Positions 60,299 to 64,000 of a DNA stretch of 64,000 bases are shown piece after piece; the first letter of the stretch is position 1, and each line of letters begins with the position of its first letter. This DNA comes from Polyangia bacterium. GTDB taxonomy: Bacteria > Myxococcota_A > Polyangia > JAAYKL01. A program made the translations under genes and the position numbers. The stretch is taken from the NCBI GenBank assembly GCA_050287845.1, contig JBNKCR010000098.1:128001-192000 (forward strand), read 5' to 3'. Below the pieces are notes generated by a model. The model was not told where the DNA came from. It saw only the letters and a program-made list of their open reading frames with translations, and did no database searches.

Positions 60299-60910
60299 AT
60301 GAGTAACCAGCCTAACAAACCCGGAATTTTCAGATTGTCCCCTCGCCAAATCGCCATTCTCGCCATTGTGGTTTCGGCTTTTGGTATATTCGTTGTTTAT
60401 TATTTTTCAGGAATCCATGAAGGATTGAGCCATTTTCAGGCTGCCGAATTTCAGATAGTTGCCCCGGATTTTGAAGCGAATGATAAAACGGCGCGGAAGA
60501 TTTCTGATTTCACCCTCGAAGATTCTCTGGCGCAGAAGGTGAAATTGAGCCAATTTGATTCTATTGATGTTCTCGTTGTGAATATCTGGAGTGCCGGTTG
60601 TGCGGTATGTCGGCAGGAAATTCCGTCGTTGACCGAACTTGATCGACGATTGGCTGGCATGGATGATGTGGCTCTCATCACAATTGCCGTAGCGGAAAAT
60701 TTCGAGGAAGTTGCCAGTTATTTTCCCCGGGGAACGAATTTGCGAATACTTTTTGACAAAGACAATAAGATTGCTGGCGATGTTTTTGGCACCGAAAAAT
60801 ACCCCGAAACCTTCATTCTGGATCGGCAACGTCGAATCAGGGCCCGATTTGATGGGGCGCGCAACTGGCACGGGGATGCATTTGTAAGCTATGTGGAATC
60901 ATTCATGTAG
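60299..60910 (+). CDS. TlpA/ResA-family membrane-anchored thiol:disulfide oxidoreductase
   Basis: TM anchor, VNIW...CAVC..E.P, YPETFILD. Confidence 0.9.
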   Translation: MSNQPNKPGIFRLSPRQIAILAIVVSAFGIFVVYYFSGIHEGLSHFQAAEFQIVAPDFEANDKTARKISDFTLEDSLAQKVKLSQFDSIDVLVVNIWSAGCAVCRQEIPSLTELDRRLAGMDDVALITIAVAENFEEVASYFPRGTNLRILFDKDNKIAGDVFGTEKYPETFILDRQRRIRARFDGARNWHGDAFVSYVESFM

Positions 60911-61144
60911 TAATCTGCCATGAAGAAATCGGACATCTCGAAATTGGGACTGTTTCAGAATTCCATTGTGCGAATATTTTTAACAATTGAATTTTTACAG
61001 ACAAGATAAAGTATTATAATATAATATAGTGTTTAGTTTGCGTTTGACTTGGATTGCTGCACAGATTATGGCAAATGGTGGAACGGCAGTTGTCGGTACA
61101 TACCAGCAGATGCGAGTTGGTGAGCTTACAGGGAGCGATTTGAG

Positions 61145-62380
61145 ATGAAGAACGTTACAGACAACAGATTGCGAAGAACTGTGGCGGATAGCATCGGACT
61201 GGATGAAGAGAAACAACGGGCGATAATTGACGACGTCCAAATCGTGAGTGAAAACGATTATTCCATAAAGATGTCAGCAACCAATCGAGATACCTTTGAC
61301 CAGATCATAAATCATGTGCTCTGGCCGAACGAAAGTTTGTCAGTATCCGCTTCTGATGCCATCCGGGCGCGTCTGGAGGAAGATCCCGAACACTCGGATA
61401 CTGGTGCGATATGGCCGCAGCGTTCGTCCACCCTTGTGCTCAACGACGTGGCTCCCACAGGGCGTCCTGTGAGAGCGTCAGGCTTTGCATACGACACGTC
61501 ATATCATTTTATTTCCGAGATCCCATCTGCGCCGAAATCAGTTTTATCGCCTGACAAGGCATCGGAAGAATCGGCGCCAACAACAACCGACACCGTAACA
61601 AAGGCCAAGGAACTTGACGGACGGGACGCCCTCCTGCCGGCGGTGGAGAATTCGGCTGCGTCATCGGACCAGCCTTCTGCATCTGTCCGTAAGAAAGCAG
61701 CGGTATATCCCAAAAAAAACTCCGACGAAATGTTGCAGACGGTTCTCACCTCTGTGCCTCCGCCATTTAAACCGACGACCGGGAGGTATCGGAAGCTGAT
61801 TGTTGGACTGTCAGCGGCAGCGGTTCTGGTTGCCGGGTTCACGGTGTATTTGATTGTGTCGCAGATGGATCGCCCTGATGAACCGGCTGCTAATGTGGTC
61901 TCTGCAGTGATGGTGCAGCCGTTGGCGGATGAGCCGGGAACAATTGTCCAGCCGATATCCGGAAAAGTGGTATCCAGGCAGATGAGCAAGTCCGACACAG
62001 ATGTGAAGTCGAGGGACAATGGTGCGGGACAGACGGGGAAAAATGCTGGCGTCCCAGGTCACAGGAGTGTGCTTTCAACGTTGCCCGGCCATGTGAAAGT
62101 AACCGCTCTGGATGGTACCAGTTCGGGCGGCCCTGGGGTGGAGAAGGTTGAAACTGCATTGCTGACGGTGGTATCAGAGGTGGAAAACTGCGAAATTCCG
62201 GATTCGGGCACCCCGGCGGTTCGACTGGTTGTGGACGGCAATGGAAAAGTCATCACTGCAACTGTAGTCGGCAATTCTTTCGCAAACACCGCTGCAGGAA
62301 ATTGTGCCATGGAGACCGTGCGTAAGGCAACGTTCCCGTCGTCAGACCTGGGAAGCTACATGATTCAGTATGCTTTTTAA
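61145..62380 (+). CDS. Single-pass membrane protein with a C-terminal AgmX/TonB-C-like domain
   Basis: Disordered N-terminus with SVPPP, TM LIVGLSAAAVLVAGFTVYLIV, C-terminal C......V...G.V.........C....VR.A.FP......Y.F. Confidence 0.75.
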   Translation: MKNVTDNRLRRTVADSIGLDEEKQRAIIDDVQIVSENDYSIKMSATNRDTFDQIINHVLWPNESLSVSASDAIRARLEEDPEHSDTGAIWPQRSSTLVLNDVAPTGRPVRASGFAYDTSYHFISEIPSAPKSVLSPDKASEESAPTTTDTVTKAKELDGRDALLPAVENSAASSDQPSASVRKKAAVYPKKNSDEMLQTVLTSVPPPFKPTTGRYRKLIVGLSAAAVLVAGFTVYLIVSQMDRPDEPAANVVSAVMVQPLADEPGTIVQPISGKVVSRQMSKSDTDVKSRDNGAGQTGKNAGVPGHRSVLSTLPGHVKVTALDGTSSGGPGVEKVETALLTVVSEVENCEIPDSGTPAVRLVVDGNGKVITATVVGNSFANTAAGNCAMETVRKATFPSSDLGSYMIQYAF

Positions 62381-62489
62381 TTTTGACCCGAATCAGAAGC
62401 AATTCACAATCTTCATGAATGAATAGACCATTTGAATTTGAATGACAGGTCAACAGATGGATGGGTGATTCCGGTGTCGGAATTCCGGG

Positions 62490-63722
62490 TCAGCGTTTTA
62501 TGCGGGAAGCGGCTGCTTTGAGGCGAACGGCGTTGATTCGGATGAATCCCTGCGCGTCTTTCTGATCGTATCCCCCTTCGATGTCCATGCTTGACATATC
62601 TTCGTTGTACAGGGAGTTCGGGCTTTTTCGGCCTGTCACATACACGCCGCCCTTGTACAGCTTCAGAGAAACCACCCCATCCACGTATTCCTGACTCTTG
62701 TCAATAATGCTGTTGAGGAAATCCATTTCCGGGCTGAACCAGAAACCGTTGTAAATGGCATCGGCGTATTTCTGGACAATCATATCCCGAATGCGCATGA
62801 CTTCACGATCCATGGTGACCCCTTCGAGATCCCGGTGAGCGTGAAGCAGAATGGTGCCCCCGGGGGTTTCGTACACGCCGCGGGATTTCAGCCCGACAAA
62901 ACGGTTTTCCACAATGTCAACCCGTCCGATTCCGTTGTCATGCCCCAACTGGTTCAGATACAGGAAAAGTTCAAGTGGCTTTTCTACGGTAGTACCGTCT
63001 TCCTCGTTTTCCACTTTTACCGGTATCCCTTTTTCGAATGTGACATTGATATTGGTCGCCTTGTCCGGCGCATCCTCCGGGGCAACGGTTTTGCTGAAAA
63101 CTTCTTTGGGGGGCCTGAAGAAGGGATCTTCAAGGACGCCGGCCTCATGGCTGATGTGCAGCAGATTATCATCTTCACTGTACGGTTTTTTGTGGGTAAC
63201 CGAGGTCTGAATCCCGTGTTTGGCTGCATAGTTCAGCAGATCTGTTCTTCCTTTGAACTCGTCCAGGAACTCCTGCATTTTCCATGGGGCAATGACTTTC
63301 ACGTCGGGTTTCAGTGCATAAAATCCCAATTCAAATCGAACCTGGTCATTTCCCTTGCCTGTTGCGCCATGGGACACAAATTCTGCATTTTCTTTTTCTG
63401 CAATCTCAATATGGCGTTTGGCGATAATCGGTCTGGCGATGCTGGTCCCCAGCAAATACTGGCCTTCGTATACTGTATTGGCTTTGAACATCTGGAAGAT
63501 ATAATCCGTGACAAATTCTTCCTTGAGGTCTTCCACATATACTTTGCTCGCACCAATTTTCAGCGCTTTTTCCCTGGCTGCTTCAAAGTTGTCATCCTGG
63601 CCGACATCGGCGATATACGCGATAACCTCAAAATTTCTTTCGAGTAACCATTTCAGAATGATTGAAGTATCAAGACCGCCGCTATAGGCGAGAACCACTT
63701 TTTTTCTGGCTTCTGTGTTCAT
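62490..63722 (-). CDS. argG: Argininosuccinate synthase
   Basis: [50 protein letters not shown]. Confidence 0.99.
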   Translation of the reverse strand: MNTEARKKVVLAYSGGLDTSIILKWLLERNFEVIAYIADVGQDDNFEAAREKALKIGASKVYVEDLKEEFVTDYIFQMFKANTVYEGQYLLGTSIARPIIAKRHIEIAEKENAEFVSHGATGKGNDQVRFELGFYALKPDVKVIAPWKMQEFLDEFKGRTDLLNYAAKHGIQTSVTHKKPYSEDDNLLHISHEAGVLEDPFFRPPKEVFSKTVAPEDAPDKATNINVTFEKGIPVKVENEEDGTTVEKPLELFLYLNQLGHDNGIGRVDIVENRFVGLKSRGVYETPGGTILLHAHRDLEGVTMDREVMRIRDMIVQKYADAIYNGFWFSPEMDFLNSIIDKSQEYVDGVVSLKLYKGGVYVTGRKSPNSLYNEDMSSMDIEGGYDQKDAQGFIRINAVRLKAAASRIKR

Positions 63723-63881
63723 AATATACCTCTCATTACCCCGGTTAAAAAAGGGATGGCTTATGTAACATGAAACCTGTGCGAGAAAAATTCATAAATT
63801 TGATTTATTGATGATTGGCAGAGCAAAGATCTCCGCCGGGTGCCCGACGAACACAGTCGTTAGGGGAGGAGCGGCACACCG

Positions 63882-64000
63882 CTATCGCAGGAGTTCGATG
63901 AGATCATCCCTGGTAATCGAAAGCGCCTGTCCTGCATCACCGATGGCAGCTTCCGCCAGCTTTCGTTTCTTTTCCTGCAGGTTGAGGATTTTCTCTTCAA
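63882..64000 (-). CDS. C-terminus of an SNF2-family helicase (5' part outside the window)
   Basis: Manual translation gives [38 protein letters not shown], a typical bacterial SNF2 tail. Confidence 0.75.
   Translation of the reverse strand, partial: EEKILNLQEKKRKLAEAAIGDAGQALSITRDDLIELLR

Noticed and set aside
63723..63830. ARG box upstream of argG
   Set aside because: Only a weak AT-rich resemblance to the consensus.

Overview
Bacterial chromosomal segment. TPR/cNMP proteins, AgmX/TonB-C-like membrane proteins and an Asp-Thr/Asp-Ser-repeat lipoprotein suggest a Myxococcota/deltaproteobacterial host, and desulfoferrodoxin hints at an anaerobe (both are inferences). Most of the window is housekeeping and signalling: amtB-glnK behind a sigma54 promoter, galM, tkt, ftcD, hom, rpsP-khpA-rimM-trmD-SPOUT, tamAB, corA, citrate synthase, plsY, tilS-ftsH, acyP, argG, two hybrid kinases and three stand-alone receivers. 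The outstanding feature is a compact minus-strand operon at 22932-33482. It encodes a GH3-family acyl-amido synthetase, translationally coupled (ATGA overlap) to a single-module, fully reducing type I PKS (KS-AT-DH-cMT-ER-KR-ACP-TE, catalytic motifs intact), followed by a VOC-family gene. It sits where rplS normally follows trmD and is divergent from tamAB. It is a candidate undescribed pathway for methyl-branched N-acyl amide lipids. Smaller candidates are a degenerate GGDEF protein with a retained RxxD I-site next to plsY, an unannotated 48-aa membrane smORF behind a possible arrest-type leader ORF, a PII lacking Tyr51, and a 1816-aa TPR protein with nested acidic tandem repeats. No rRNA, tRNA, CRISPR array or IS element was recognised. 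All calls come from reading motifs; no database searches were run.
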